This document shows positions 38,101 through 50,325 of a stretch of DNA of 64,000 bases, one piece after another; position 1 is the first letter of the stretch, and each line of letters begins with the position of its first letter. The position numbers and the translations under genes are program-made. This DNA comes from Phoronis australis (lineage: Eukaryota > Animalia > Phoronida), in contig NMRA01000178.1 of assembly GCA_002633005.1 (NCBI GenBank), positions 658,062-722,061 of the forward strand, read 5' to 3'. The notes under the pieces are model-generated. The model was given only the letters and a program-made list of their open reading frames with translations. It did no database searches and was not told the origin of the DNA.

Positions 38101-41100
38101 TTTTTATCGCGAATTATGATATTTTATTTGCGGTCAAAAACTGCCCCATGGCGCATGATCTTGTATTTTTTACCACTAATCTTGGAACACAGGGTCCGCG
38201 CTAAAGTCTGATCTTCGGTTATTGTTAGAGAATGTAAGGGCACCCGCTTTTGGGGATTTTGTTCACCGAATCAAAGATCGGGATTCGTTTCGATGTATAG
38301 CATGCAATTCACCAAATTTAGGTCCCTTAACTTTAAAAATACCGTACTGGGTGTTGATTTCACCCAAAGCCGATTATGGGTCCCCACGTGCTCTATTACA
38401 CCGATAGTACCTCATGTGATCTATAAAGCATCGTTTCGCTAAAGCGTCCCCTGATCAAAACGTGCATGAGTGGCATGTAGTTCGAGTTGACGTCACTTAA
38501 CTCGTACCAGCCTGACTCTTGCCAGGTTCGCAAGTTTAATTTTTTTAGAAAACAAAGTTTTTGAGTTTGAAAAGGTTTACACATAATAATATTTTCGAGG
38601 ATTTAATGATCCAGAATAGGTTTAACTAGGCAACTCTCATTCTGAGGTGGTTTACCCACGATGCAACACGTGTACTATTCACTTTCATGAGTCTTCACCT
38701 CAAAATCACTATACTAGTCTCCATTTCGTAATATCCTAATTATTACGTCAATTCATCTTTGGAGTGCAAAAAAATTTTCATTTCGAGTAGCACTGCTGAC
38801 ATATGAAATTGGCAAAAAGTGTTGTGAAATATCAGTGCTCAATCTGATGATCATCTGAGGAGATTCTGGCATTTTGAAAAGTAGCCCAGTTCAATCCAGT
38901 GGGGCAAATGGGTCTATTTATGGTATCTCATTCAATTTCCATGTGATGTCACTTACAATTGAAGCTACGATTGGTGAGTTATAATAGATGAAATTTTCAG
39001 TGATGTGCTTATATTACTCAAGCTTCAAATTTCGTCGTCATTTGATCACTTGCAGACCTATTAAAATCATAGGGGACTTCTCACACTTTAGACGTTGATG
39101 CGACGTGAGACAGTGGTACTATTAATCACACGTCAAGAGAGGGTCAAAAGTAGCCTGTTCCCAGAAAGTATCTCTAATTACTAAGCCAACTAAGATGCTC
39201 ACTGACTGTCTGGCTCGACTTTGGAATCGTTGGACCAGCAACTCATTGATACTAAACAACAGCTTCAAAACTCCGACATTTCCATCCTGTGAAATTCCTA
39301 AAGAAGGCGTCACTCTCTTTCAATGCACAACTCGACTTCTGGTTCGTGAGCAAATGACGTACTTATCGGAAGTAAAACGTGCACCATACCTCGGCGCAGC
39401 TAGTGGGTTGTGACGTTGCGGCAGTATTTGTGGTCCATGTACCAGTTGTCTGTGCTGAAATTAAAGTAGCTTCTCGTTGACACAGCTGAGAATTATTGAA
39501 TTTGTTACAAGAAATAATCAGTTTGGTTCTTTAATTTTGATTTAAGCTGGGCGTTCTTAATTTTACAACAGGTGGACGGACACAAAGTGACCCCTCCGTA
39601 CACAGCCGAGTTTGACAAAGGGCGTTTTGTGAAAGTAGATCTTACCAGCTGCCGCACTGTGGTTGTTGAGACCGACTTTGGACTTAAGGTTCGAAACAAG
39701 GGAAGACGGCTTGATGTCACTATTCCAGCAGACTACAGAAATAAACTGTGTGGACTCTGCGGCAACTTCAACGGCAAAAAATTTGTAAGTTATAGATTAT
39801 AATCATGCGTGCACCCAGGCTAAAATATACGCGGACTCGAAGTTTTCGGTATGCGGACTTTTACTGGCAAAAATCAACTTGGACTAAAAAAGGGGGGTAT
39901 TACGTTCAGTCCAACAAATTGTGCATCTGCACAGAATTCTTGTGGACTTTGTGGACTTTTGTCTCGCATGACGGCCGCTCTGTCGTTCAGCAATTTTTCC
40001 AGACGCGGGGGTTCTGAACGTGCGATAACATCTGGCTCCTTTGTAAACTGCCCAGCACAGTCTTTTGTAGAGTATGACATCAAGCAGGCCAATTATCTCC
40101 CAGGCTTCAGAGGGTTACTGAAACCTGGCAGAATGGATTGTCTTAAAGGAGCATGCCACTCAAAAAAACAACCTAATTTGTATCAATTTAGATCGAGTAG
40201 TTCTACTCCATAACGACACGTACGGTTGCGTTACCTGACACCTGACGGCAGACGGAGGTGTTGAAATTATCCAATGATGTCATCGGTTTCACATGCAGTG
40301 TGTTCAGCAGTTCTCAACACGGGTTACTGGTGCCAGCTTATCGCTTGAAGTCATCGTTTAACACCAATAAATCATCAAGCTTCGATGTAAAAACCTTAAA
40401 AATACACCGAGTTCATATAAAAACGTGTTGTTTTATTTCGCTCTTACGGATTTATTGGTATTTGGACACACCGTAGCCTACAAAGTTCGGCAGGCCAATG
40501 AAGTCCGTAGCAGGAGTTTGGGGTCTGTTCGGAGATAATTTCGAAATATTTTCCGTGAGATACAGACACGACAACTTTGATCTGTGTTGTTTAGACTTGT
40601 GATTTTTTGAGTTCTAAACACAGAACGCTTGATATCCTGGCCAATGCCTCGGAGGCCGAACAGGCCCGTCGCGACCGGCCGGATTGACTCGTTATCCCGG
40701 TTAGTGGCTCGGAAACTGATCAGACATCACGAACCTAAACCATCCAAAGTTCAGTGGAAACTAAACTTCCAGTCAACATGAGAAAATACTATACTAGTGA
40801 GCCAAAGTAATGTGATTATGTTGGTGAATTATCATCTTTTTCAGTGAGGCGTGGAATACATTGCAAGTAGTTTATCCCGTTCAATCCGCCATCTTTTGAT
40901 CACATCACGCGACCTAATGTATAAAAGTCCGAAAAGATTTCTGTCCCCGACCGGCACTCGAACCCAGTTTACATACACAATGGAGATCATGGGCAAGATG
41001 CCCGCTACTAAGTCCGATTAGATTTCTGTGGCTGACCAGTGGTCCCGGTGGCTTAGTGGCTAGAGCGTCTGCACGGTTAGCGAAAGGTCTTGGGTTCGAG

Positions 41101-44100
41101 TCCCGGTCGAGGGCAGAATTCTTTTCGGACTAATATACATTAGGTCACGTGACATGATTAAAAAGATGGCGGATTGAACGGAATAAACTACTTGCAACTA
41201 TGGTGATGACCTACTTACTTTCCCTGTATCTCTCACTCTCTTTTCACCACACGGATGTGGTAATCTACACTTGTCGTACTGTACATATCCTGCCTCCCGT
41301 TCAGTAACGCTAGGACCTCGCTAAAAAGCAAGACTTCCCGAGATTACGTGAGATATTGCCGTGCATTTTAAATAAGAACAAGTGACTTTGACTAGGTTTT
41401 AGGTAGGTCCTAGCGTCTACTGAACGCACGCCTGGTGATGTCTTATGAATAGACGAAACGTTGAGATAACATGAACTTGTGCGAAGATTGTCCGTTTTCT
41501 AATTAAACGAGCAAAAAATGATGATAGACTGATTTACCACGGAGACGTTCTAGATATTTTACAATGAGCTTGCTTTTTCGCCTTGGAACTGACATTTGTC
41601 AACTGAAATAGAATAAAAGAAGTCAAAGTGCGCAATAACACAATACTTGTGTCGGCATGCACCTTCCTAACTTCTCCGACCACAGGAGGGCTTGTTCTAA
41701 AACCCACTTCTTTCCTTTCACGTTCGGTAGTCTTTTTTCACCTTCTGCTACCTACTCTTGTCCATGCAAAGTATTGTCCATTAATGTCTCAGCTAACTGT
41801 TATTCGTGCTTAGTGTTGTTGTCCATGTCAACGATGTCCATGATAATTGTTGTTCGTGCCAGCTGTTGTTCATGCCTGTTGATTTCCAAGCTAACTGTCG
41901 TCCATACCAACTGTTGCTCATGCCAACTGATGTCCAAGTTAATTGATGTCCAAGCTAACTGGTGTCCAACCCAACTGGTGTATATGCTAACTCTTGCCCA
42001 TGCTAACTATATTGTCCATGCCGACTGTTGTCCATGTCAATTGTTATCAACTGGTATCCAGGCATGCCAATTGTTATCAGTGCCAATTGCTATCCATGAT
42101 AACTGGTGTCCATGCTAACGTCATTTTCTCATTTCATGTCACCATGTGTCACCTCTCCATACCTCTAGGTCATAACTTTGATATAGTCGTCATTATTTCC
42201 CTTTTTCTCCAAAAGGATGACGCAGTCCTCAAAAATGGCAAAGACGTTGGCAAAGATTTCAATCTCCGGAACAAACGTGAAAGGAATAAAGCGTATGCAC
42301 TTGTAGGAAACAGTTGGCTGGTTACGTCATCTACTAAGCATCGAGATCCCGCGTGAGTTGTATGACATGTCGTATTCCACCATGATTGTAACGTATTGGT
42401 GGGTGTCCTTTGGATACTTAGATGGCTATAACTTCACTTTAGATGGGTGCGAAGATGACCAATAAGCTAATGGTTTAACCGTGATTGTCAATATAAGCAA
42501 ACTGTGCCTTGTTTTGAACCTTAAGTAAGCCCACAACCCCAACTGGCTATAGCCTGCAAAATATCTACTCAGTTTTTGACTGCTAAATTTGCAAACACGT
42601 TATGTTAATTTCAATGATTGTTCTAAATAATTCACAAAGTACAACATGATCGAAGGCATGTGTGGATTATCACCTCAGCGGTAATTTACGCCGATTCCAG
42701 ATGCACCCCGGCAAAACCTCCGACAGACTGTGCTGCCAAACACTTTAAGAAGGCTCAGAAATTGTGCTGGGTCTTGCAAGACAATACGAGAAAGGGTGAG
42801 TTATTTTGCCTATGATCCCGCACACCTGGCCAGCCTAATAGAGCCATCCCGAATTACACAGCGCTAAACTTAAATCTTGCTATATTTACCCACATTTTTG
42901 TCTAGTTGCATTACTCTATTCGACCTTCCAACGCCAAAGAAAGATTGCTGCTTTGCTGTGGGCCGACGTGAGAAAGTTTGATAAACTGGACAAACAACCA
43001 TGAATGGCGTGATGGGAAATTCTTCGCCTTCCTGACATCACTGAGAGACACGAAAATATGTCTGATTTCCAAAACCAGGTCACGCGCTCCTTGACAAAGG
43101 AGAATTCTACCGCCATGTACTTCGGTACGGCCCTATGGTAGTTAATGGATCGCCAACTCTATATATTCTTAATGGACAAAAACCTGTGATCGCACCCGTA
43201 AGTTGCGGCCAACACTGTTTGCCGAGAAATCACTATTCAATAGCTGCACGTGATGTGAATCACTGTTTTACATCCGGCAAGTAAATTGTCTGCCTACCGA
43301 AAAGTGTTACCTCTTCTGGGAATTCCATTCGAAAGTTTCGGGCCGTAAATCTGTTGTCTATGATCTATGGTGCAATGAGCATCCTCTTATATACTGCACA
43401 ATTTTACGCTAATCGTTTAAAGCCTGGCCATTTTGTTGGTTCCCTCCCATTTAAAGACAGTTTTACAATCAAAGTGTTTAAACTTGTTCACGGTAAGTCA
43501 ATGAACCAATACTTGAAATGTGGAACTTTGTACCACCTGAATTATTGGTCTAACTACATGTATGGCTCCTATCCACGCTTCTAACAGTATGCTCATCGGA
43601 TTTGCTTTGACAGGTGTGTTTGTGAAATGTTTAAAACGGTATGATGGAGACGCTGCTTATGACGATTGTGTTTTCGACGTTTGTCGCGGTCGGGACCACT
43701 GTGAGAGCATCGCTTCGTTTGCTGAAGAATGTCGATTGATTGGTGCTCTTCGCCGACACTGGAGGAGATTAACCAAATGTCGTAAGTTGATTTTTAAAAG
43801 CAAAGAAATTAAAATGGGGGTAAAATTAAGTTTGATTTTAATCACGTATCTCACCATGAGAAATGCAAGTAAACTGAAACATGATATGTTATGAAAATCG
43901 ATTTTTCTACCACTGACTCATTTTCTTCATTTGTTAATCAACAGCCTATACTAGTGGAAAACAACAGCTTTTGTAGTACTTGTTGTTCTAAAAAGTGAAA
44001 TCCGACTAATCGCCTTCACTCTCCTTACAGATATAATTGCACAGATTAAACCTCTCTGAATTTTTCATGGATACTGCGTTATAGAATGTTGATTTGACTT

Positions 44101-46406
44101 TCAGGCACAGCCTTGAATAAATAAAATTGGTCATATTTAATAGCTCTTATTTTTACTTATACTGTGCCCAACCATTCGCTTACTCGTATTTCATTTCAAT
44201 TCAACAAGGAAAACGTTTTGCAAACCTTTTGATAAAAGTATCCAATTTGTCAGTGCCTGGAATTTTCTGTTAACGTAACAGAATTTATTCCTGAGGACTT
44301 CAGTGGCCGGTTGAAACAGTCTCAATATAGGGACTCAACTAAGGTCCCAAACTCTTTTTTGCGTATTTGTGTCTTTATGGACACACAAATGCAATACTTT
44401 TCTACTATTTCATCTTTATTATGAGCTCCTCTTTGATTAATGACATTTTCTTATGATATAGCTAAAAACTGAGCCCAGAGTTCATTGAAAATAAATAGGG
44501 ACTCCGTCTCAGTTCTTAAATTGGGGGTGTTGCACGAAAAGATCCCTAATTATTTTCTATAATATTGACAATTCAACGTTGAGTTCACTCTCGATTTGTA
44601 TCAAAGTCGAAAGTAGTCTTAGTAATGAAACTAATACAAGAAAAGGCAATCGATGTTTTCATACGTAGTAGATTTAGGAAACTTAGTCGAGTCCCTATTT
44701 GGGATTGTTTCATGCAACCAGACGCAGAATCCTCGTGAGGCAATTTGGGCTTATTCGGTCCGATTTTAATTTTGCTCTACATCAACGAGTTGCATTCCGT
44801 AGACCTTACTTCAAACCCTACATGCATGCACCCACACCGTGAGGCTCCTACTGCATTCAGAGTGAAAACTGCGGACCAGTTGGACTGGTCAAGTTGGTCC
44901 ATGGGGCATCGCAGACGATTAGCTTTTACAGTCATTCCCTGGCGCTGACAAATTCGGGTTGGAAACTCGAAGGTTCGGATTTGTAGCTGGACTCTACTTT
45001 ATATATGAGCTATATAGAGTTTGATCTTATTGTCAATCCACGTAAACCGGTGTTCTTGCCCACGCTAGCGCTGAATTGTGGTAAAAACGCCGTCTACCGT
45101 ACGAGAATGACAGCATGTCCAGCAACCTGCGCCGACCCGCACGCGCCAAAGCACTGTGGCAAACCCAAAGGAGAGGGTTGCGCCTGCAAAAGGGGTTACA
45201 TCCTGGAAGCGGGCAACTGTGTGAAGCGCAAAAAATGTGGATGTGCGTCTAGTGATGGCAGTTACCATAAGGTAGGCCATAGGCGGATCCAGAGGTAATC
45301 AAGGGGGTCCGGATATCCCTTTTCCCTTGATTTTCGTGATATCAAACCTATAATTTTCAAATTTTTGACTAAGATCCTCTTTTTAAACAAATCCTTGATC
45401 CTGGACCCCCTTTAAAAAATCCTGACTTGGCGAAGTTGGTTCAACTCGTGTCGGTCCTTCATTCAACTCGAGTCCACTATTTCACAAATCGTTAATCCTG
45501 TTCAGACAGGCTTGTTTTTGTTGGAAAACATGAGAAGATCTGAAAGGTGAAGCGCCTTTTTGTTCCTTCCGTTTATTTTTGAACGCGGACTCAATGGGAG
45601 CACTGATCACACTTATGAGACTGGACTTGAGACTCGCCTTCTAATTACATGCTGTGATAGCTTCAGTTTCAACCTATTTGGATTTAAGGTGAAAAAATCT
45701 GGCGTTTTTAGTCAAAAATAATATTCCATTTAGGCGGTTATAAAATCGGTCTCATTTTTTCCATACTCGTGATTAATTCAGAGGACTGTCAGCTCAGTAA
45801 AGCTTCAGACTATACTCACGAACTTCCATGTCACAGCCGTTGTAACAGTGGCCGTCAGGGGAATTTCAGAACAAACAATAGGAAACAGTTGCCGATGAAG
45901 AAAAATATTTTTGACACCAGAACAAGATTTTTAAAGGCGACATTTTGAGCTAGAGACCATGCAATTGTACCAAACACCAAAATGTTTGTCCATGTTTGAA
46001 CAAAGCGTTTCACTTATCTATTCTTGAACAAGTAGTTATGAAATAAAAAATAATAATAAATGTTGAAGTGAACTATTTACAGTTTCACGCTTTTCTGAAC
46101 TTTTTAATCCCAAATCATTTATACTTAAGTCCTGTATTAGTAAGAAATTTGTAGAAATCCATTTTAAAGTTGTATAGATCGAGATTGCAAAAGCCATCTT
46201 TTGGTGATGAATTTCAGTTTGCCTTAAGTGGCAACCTACTGCCTTGTCGTCGCTGTATGGCTCACTTTGTTTTCCAGCATGGTGAACGATGGCTTACTGC
46301 TGACTGCAAATTCCGCAAATTCTGCAGACGGGGAAAAATCTGCGAGAAGCCGTTCTGGTGCAAAAAGACGTGTGGTCTGCACGGGGGGACAGTTGTCTGC
46401 AAATAA
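32184..46406 (+). CDS. Secreted VWA-VWD-C8-TIL-TILa protein (zonadhesin/IgGFc-binding protein/tectorin-like), 613 aa
   Basis: Exons 32184-32256 (signal peptide MKIYMSLQTLAVAILPLLFSTIEC), 32679-33029 and 33523-33735 (VWA: DVVFIVDSSGS, TNT, SDG, FAVGIG), 37304-37563, 39572-39784 and 42216-42352 (VWD: GDPHY, CGLCGNFNG, GNSW), 42701-42795 and 43614-43781 (C8: CVFDVC), 45069-45271 (TIL), 46278-46406 (TILa-like). All introns are GT-AG, phases are consistent, total 1842 nt. AATAAA at 46402 and 46532. Confidence 0.9.
32495..32625. mobile_element. MITE family B copy (TIR CGTTCAGTAACGCTAGGA)
   Basis: cgttcagtaacgctagga (32499) ... tcctagcgttactgaacg (32616). An inverted copy lies at 41288-41430. Confidence 0.85.
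34391..35952 (+). mobile_element. 5'-truncated, degraded non-LTR retrotransposon (RTE-X/CR1-like RT) in an intron
   Basis: RT motifs KAVGYDCIP, IIPIPK, NYRGISLLS, DEQTGLR, FVDMKKAFD, GVRQGDVLSP*LF, LYADD and YKYLG. C-terminal 'VEDELH...DC..Y'. The 3' end has AATAAA and a (TACTAA)n tail. Confidence 0.9.
36129..36193 (-). mobile_element. tRNA-derived (SINE-like) head inside a repeat starting CAGTGGCGGATCTAGG at 35955
   Basis: The minus strand reads gtggtggtggaatggtaaagc (A box) ... gagttcgaatc (B box). No intact cloverleaf. Confidence 0.5.
39975..40120 (+). repeat. Dispersed repeat, family D copy 1 (inverted copy at ~48535-48680)
   Basis: ttttccagacg.gggggttctga.cg..gataacatct.gct.ctttgt.aactgcccagcaca.tcttttgt...gaca.caagcaggccaattatct.ccaggctt matches 48535-48650 on the opposite strand. 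Confidence 0.85.
40861..41197. mobile_element. Long inverted repeat built from two head-to-head tRNA-SINE copies
   Basis: Arms 40861-40966 and 41091-41197 are near-perfect reverse complements. The right copy keeps an A box (TGGCTTAGTGG, 41049) and a B box (GGTTCGAGTCC, 41093). Confidence 0.85.
41288..41430. mobile_element. MITE family B copy
   Basis: Same TIRs and interior as 32495-32625, in the opposite orientation. Confidence 0.85.
41755..42118. repeat. Degenerate ~21-bp tandem repeat (GCTAACTGTTGTCCAT-like)
   Basis: Recurring tgtccatg / gctaactg motifs over ~360 bp of intron. Confidence 0.8.
42973..43148 (+). repeat. Dispersed repeat, family A copy 2
   Basis: Colinear similarity to 4718-4904. 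Confidence 0.8.
44328..44697. mobile_element. MITE with GGGACTC(A/G)ACTAAG TIRs flanked by TA
   Basis: TAgggactcaactaaggtcccaaa ... tttaggaaacttagtcgagtcccTA, with an internal partial copy at ~44495. Confidence 0.7.
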
Positions 46407-47304
46407 AAGACCGATACTACAAGAAGGCTGCCTGCCATTAAGATCCGCTTTGATCATGACATTTTGTGATAACTGAAAATCTCGGAAACCGTTGATACTG
46501 AGATAACTCTATACACATGCTTGTATAAACAAATAAAACACGTGAATAGTTTAAACTATACTAATGTTTTACTGGAAAGTGATAATCCTGATAATATCGA
46601 CGACACGCAAAGCTGTGTAACTATTGTAGGTTACGTTCATTATCCTATCTTGCCCTAATCTCTCGATGATCAGCAGCGGATTTGATTAGGGATGGCCCGC
46701 TTGCTCGAATAACTCTGAATCAAAGACGCCGGTGCTGTAAATTTTATACAAAATCCGTCTGTAGGGGTACTTTTGGCCAGTTACGCAAAGTGTATTTAAA
46801 AAGTCACGGGTGCAGTACCGGCATACTGGTAAGCATATGCACGTGGCCTGAAACAAACCTTAATCAACGCTGTAACTTTGCTGTCCTTGGTATAAAATGT
46901 AAAGTTACCAACCAACTCCCTCTGTCGTGAATTTTCACAATTAATATAGTCAAAGTTTGGACACACCTTAATTCGTGCTCATTGTCTAAAGGCAGATATA
47001 AACCCGGTTTTTACTCAGGTCTCAAACTTTTCTTAACCACGACAGATACTTGTATTTCTACCCAGAAACAGATCACATGATATATTGGCAACTTGATAGA
47101 GTGACTTTCTAAAGCTGCTTTGGACTCATAACAACAAAATGTTTAGAATCCGTTTTGTTTATTTACACCAACCTCTAACCTATTCACACTGGCACGACAT
47201 ATCCGTCGGCTTAGTGCCATCTTCAGGTTTTACAAGAACGAGGATGGGAATCCAATACACTGACACGGTGGGCAATTGCGTAATATTTTCCGGGTAGACG
47301 AACG

Positions 47305-47365
47305 GAGGGGTTTGAACCTAGGATCTTTCGCTTGCCAGTTCAGTACTCTCACCAGTAGACCACTG
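47305..47365 (-). mobile_element. tRNA-SINE head related to the 41041 element
   Basis: The minus strand reads gtggtctactggtgagagtactgaactggcaagcgaaagatcctaggttcaaacccc, with A and B boxes. Confidence 0.55.
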
Positions 47366-47416
47366 ACAGAGCCCGAACCATTAACTTCGAGGGTAAATTG
47401 CTATAGGCCTACTTAG

Positions 47417-47538
47417 GTAGAGTTCAGTGGCTGTCTCCCGGCTAATAAATCTAGCCATCACGTGCTCTCCGATTTAAAATGCACCGCAATATCTCACGTA
47501 ATCTCGCGAAGTCTATCTTTTAGCGAGGTCCTAGCGTA
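47417..47538. mobile_element. MITE family B diverged copy
   Basis: gtagagttcag...aatctagcca...tttaaaatgcac.gcaatatctc...tctcgcgaagtct...ttttagcgaggtcctagcgt. Confidence 0.7.
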
Positions 47539-48534
47539 GCTCCTAAGTGTTATTGCTTGACTGAAAGACATTGTCGCTTTACTCCAGGTGCACAGCTTCA
47601 TAGGTCTCTCTTTTAGTCCAGGTCACTGTCTAGTATCCGGATATTGTGTTTTTGACGACATATGCTCTGCCATGGGCGGCGCACCCCCCCCCCCACTTTT
47701 TTCAATGCTGCCGTAGTCCGTCCATGTCTGCTACACATAATACTAGAGAAGTATTGCCCTCTGTCCAGCATTTCGTGTCCACGACAATTAACACTGGTTT
47801 TCAAGTTGGTGTAAATAGACCCAACACATTTTAGACGCCAGAATGTTTGACGATGGAAGTTAGTGGTCATCCCTTTCATAACTTGCCGAGTTTTGTGTAA
47901 ATTGCAAGTCACTTAATGATATTGATCTCGGTTGGAAACCTCTCTTCATAACGGATTTCGTTAAATTTTACGACAATTTTCCCTTTAGAAACTTGTAGTC
48001 ACTTTTATAGTAGGTTATATCCCAGCATGTAGGCTACATCTCTTGTACACATTCCCATTTTCGTATAGGACTTCGATTGTACGATTGTCCAACACGACAC
48101 CAGGAATAATTGCAGACAGGTGTTGCGACACGATTTTTTCATTACGGCGTTTTGCCGTTGCTCCCAACTTGTTCGATTCTATAGCCCAACAACAAGTTGG
48201 GAAGTTTACCCTTGGAGCCAATATCTTACACGACTGATTAAGTCCATTCTGGCATTTATGGTCGCAGGGCCAGCTCTCTTTTGTTCGTTAATTGCTCTAA
48301 TCTCCAATACGATCGTATCTACCCTGACTGGGCTGTACTGTTAAAAATAAAAGTTAAGTTATAACTCATGTGAACATAAACCAATAGCATTTCTGAAATC
48401 TTCGTCAAATGGTGATCATGTTTAGTTTTTGAATCGCCAAAATCGCCCAACAGCAACCGAAGTTACGACAATCTATTCTTAACAAAAACACCAATTCACT
48501 CTGAGTTTGGCTATGTTCAGACGTGGGTCTGCAA

Positions 48535-48680
48535 TAAGCCTGGTAGATAATTGGCCTGCTTGTTGTCGTAACAGACAAAAGAGTGTGCTGGGCAGTTAAC
48601 AAAGAAGCTAGATGTTATCACTCGCTCAGAACCCCCTACGTCTGGAAAAGTCACTGAAAGGGAAAACGCTGTCGTGTGTA
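48535..48680 (-). repeat. Dispersed repeat, family D copy 2
   Basis: Reverse-complement match to 39975-40120. Confidence 0.85.
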
Positions 48681-49182
48681 CACGAAGAGATACACGGCGA
48701 TTCTGCATGCACGCAGTGGTCCAAGCACTCAGATTTTCCGCATTCGATCTCGCATACGATTTTTGTATAGTGCTTTACACACTTCAATTTTTCAAAGACG
48801 ACGCAGTGTGCGAGTGATAAGCTCTAAAATCGTGTCTTAACATGTGTTTGCCCTCTCCTAGTTGTCGCATGAAATATCAAGTCGTGTACGAACAATTGTA
48901 GTGTGTTGACAGAGTTCGCTATGCGTCTGCAATGGGCATGTTTTGTTCCATGGGCTGATTTCCGATGCTTTTCTTCGAAAAATAATATTTGCTGCGTTTG
49001 TGGACCCTTGCGGCTATCTTTTACTCACACGTTAGGTAGATTTCCCTGCTTGTAAAGCAACATAGAAAAATCTGTTTGCTTTTCAATTCCTGTTTTTTCC
49101 GAAAAGTTGAGGGAGGTGAGGGGAGCACCCCGTGGGGACATTTGGTGAGGGTTACTCTTTCCCCTGCTACCCTTCAAGCCAA

Positions 49183-50325
49183 TCAACTTTGATTCCAAAC
49201 CGAATTTGAGCTTTTCTTCTTCGCTTTCTTATTGGATGATTTCCTATTGTACGATTGTGAGTTTGGGCCCTTATTCTTGCAAACTGTGCAAATAATGCAT
49301 ATCAGTAAAAGACCCAGAATACATCCAGCCTGGCACTTGGCCACATTTCTTAAATTCAGTATAAAATTACCCTCTTTGCTGTACGTGTGTACCCAATGGT
49401 GATTTGTGAACGCGTCTGGTGATACTGGATTGCTGAAATTAGTTTTCTTGAGAGATTCACACACGCGACGCATAGATTCTTGCTGGACCAGAAGTTGACT
49501 ACATATGCGCTTAAAGCGTTGAATTTCTTCGTTATCGAACGTGGGTAGCAAGTACTTTGGCTCCATGACGTGAAGCTCGTCTTCCGGTAGGGCATTACGT
49601 GCTCTCACGTTGGTGTAAGCGTCCGCCATTTTTTCCAGCATTATAGGCCCAGTGGTTTCCAAAATGTGACCGGTAGACGACTTTTTTAATTCACTGGCTA
49701 AGTTACGGATGAGAAATTCGAAAAATGGATGATGGGGTCTGCACGCCATTATGGCGTTGCATGCTAGTCTATACGTGTCGTAAATCAGTTCGGCATGCTC
49801 GACCGGTTCTTGACTGACAAAGCAAGAATTCTTCTGCAGCAAATCATCAATAGGTTTGAAACTCTCAACGTCCAAGTCAACGTAAAGCCCGCCAATCTCG
49901 CGCAAAATAAAATATCGAATGACGTCTGCTCTTTGAATATTGTGTGGGTAACTGTCATACAGTTGCAAATAACCTGAATATCTTGACTGTACTAGTCTTC
50001 GTGCGTCGTCGTCAGTCCAGAGCCAGTGTTCCCAAGATTCATGATTTCGACACCACGAAGACATCCACTCGTGAAATTGTTCTGGAATATGAGTTGTTTT
50101 CCAAGTCTGGTGAATTATGCGGGGTACCGTATGGGGCTTCAAGGCGCTGAACGTTCCATTGAAAACACTCAATGGTGGAGATTTTGGCGTGCACTTCTGG
50201 TATATCCGATAAGGCTTTATCAAGCTAGCGCTCTCGTCGGTAACATGAATATTCAAAAAGGTAAACATTGTAGCACCAAAACATACAGCTACGAAAACAT
50301 ATGCAAACTTTTGCTTCGACTCCAT
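49183..50325 (-). CDS. GT32-family DXD glycosyltransferase (OCH1/SUR1/CSH1 mannosyltransferase-like), 380 aa, intronless CDS
   Basis: N-terminal signal anchor, then VPRIIHQTWK, WLWTDDD, IQRADVIRYFIL..IGGLYVDLD (DXD), NAIMACRPHHPFF, TGP and HHWVHTY. accATGG start. Confidence 0.9.
   Translation of the reverse strand: MESKQKFAYVFVAVCFGATMFTFLNIHVTDESASLIKPYRIYQKCTPKSPPLSVFNGTFSALKPHTVPRIIHQTWKTTHIPEQFHEWMSSWCRNHESWEHWLWTDDDARRLVQSRYSGYLQLYDSYPHNIQRADVIRYFILREIGGLYVDLDVESFKPIDDLLQKNSCFVSQEPVEHAELIYDTYRLACNAIMACRPHHPFFEFLIRNLASELKKSSTGHILETTGPIMLEKMADAYTNVRARNALPEDELHVMEPKYLLPTFDNEEIQRFKRICSQLLVQQESMRRVCESLKKTNFSNPVSPDAFTNHHWVHTYSKEGNFILNLRNVAKCQAGCILGLLLICIICTVCKNKGPNSQSYNRKSSNKKAKKKSSNSVWNQS

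Noticed and set aside
39851-40213. Similar peptides (GGSER..VNCPA..KQANYLPG) here and near 48540-48640 suggesting a gene family
   Set aside because: Explained by a dispersed DNA repeat. The frames break outside the shared block, and one copy is intronic.
41041-41115. tRNA gene
   Set aside because: A and B boxes are present, but there is no proper acceptor or anticodon stem, and the 3' flank is duplicated in the inverted arm. It is a SINE head.
41657-42118. Cys-rich 153-aa ORF as a keratin-associated or metallothionein-like protein
   Set aside because: It is the translation of a degenerate ~21-bp intronic tandem repeat, and the host gene model is complete without it.
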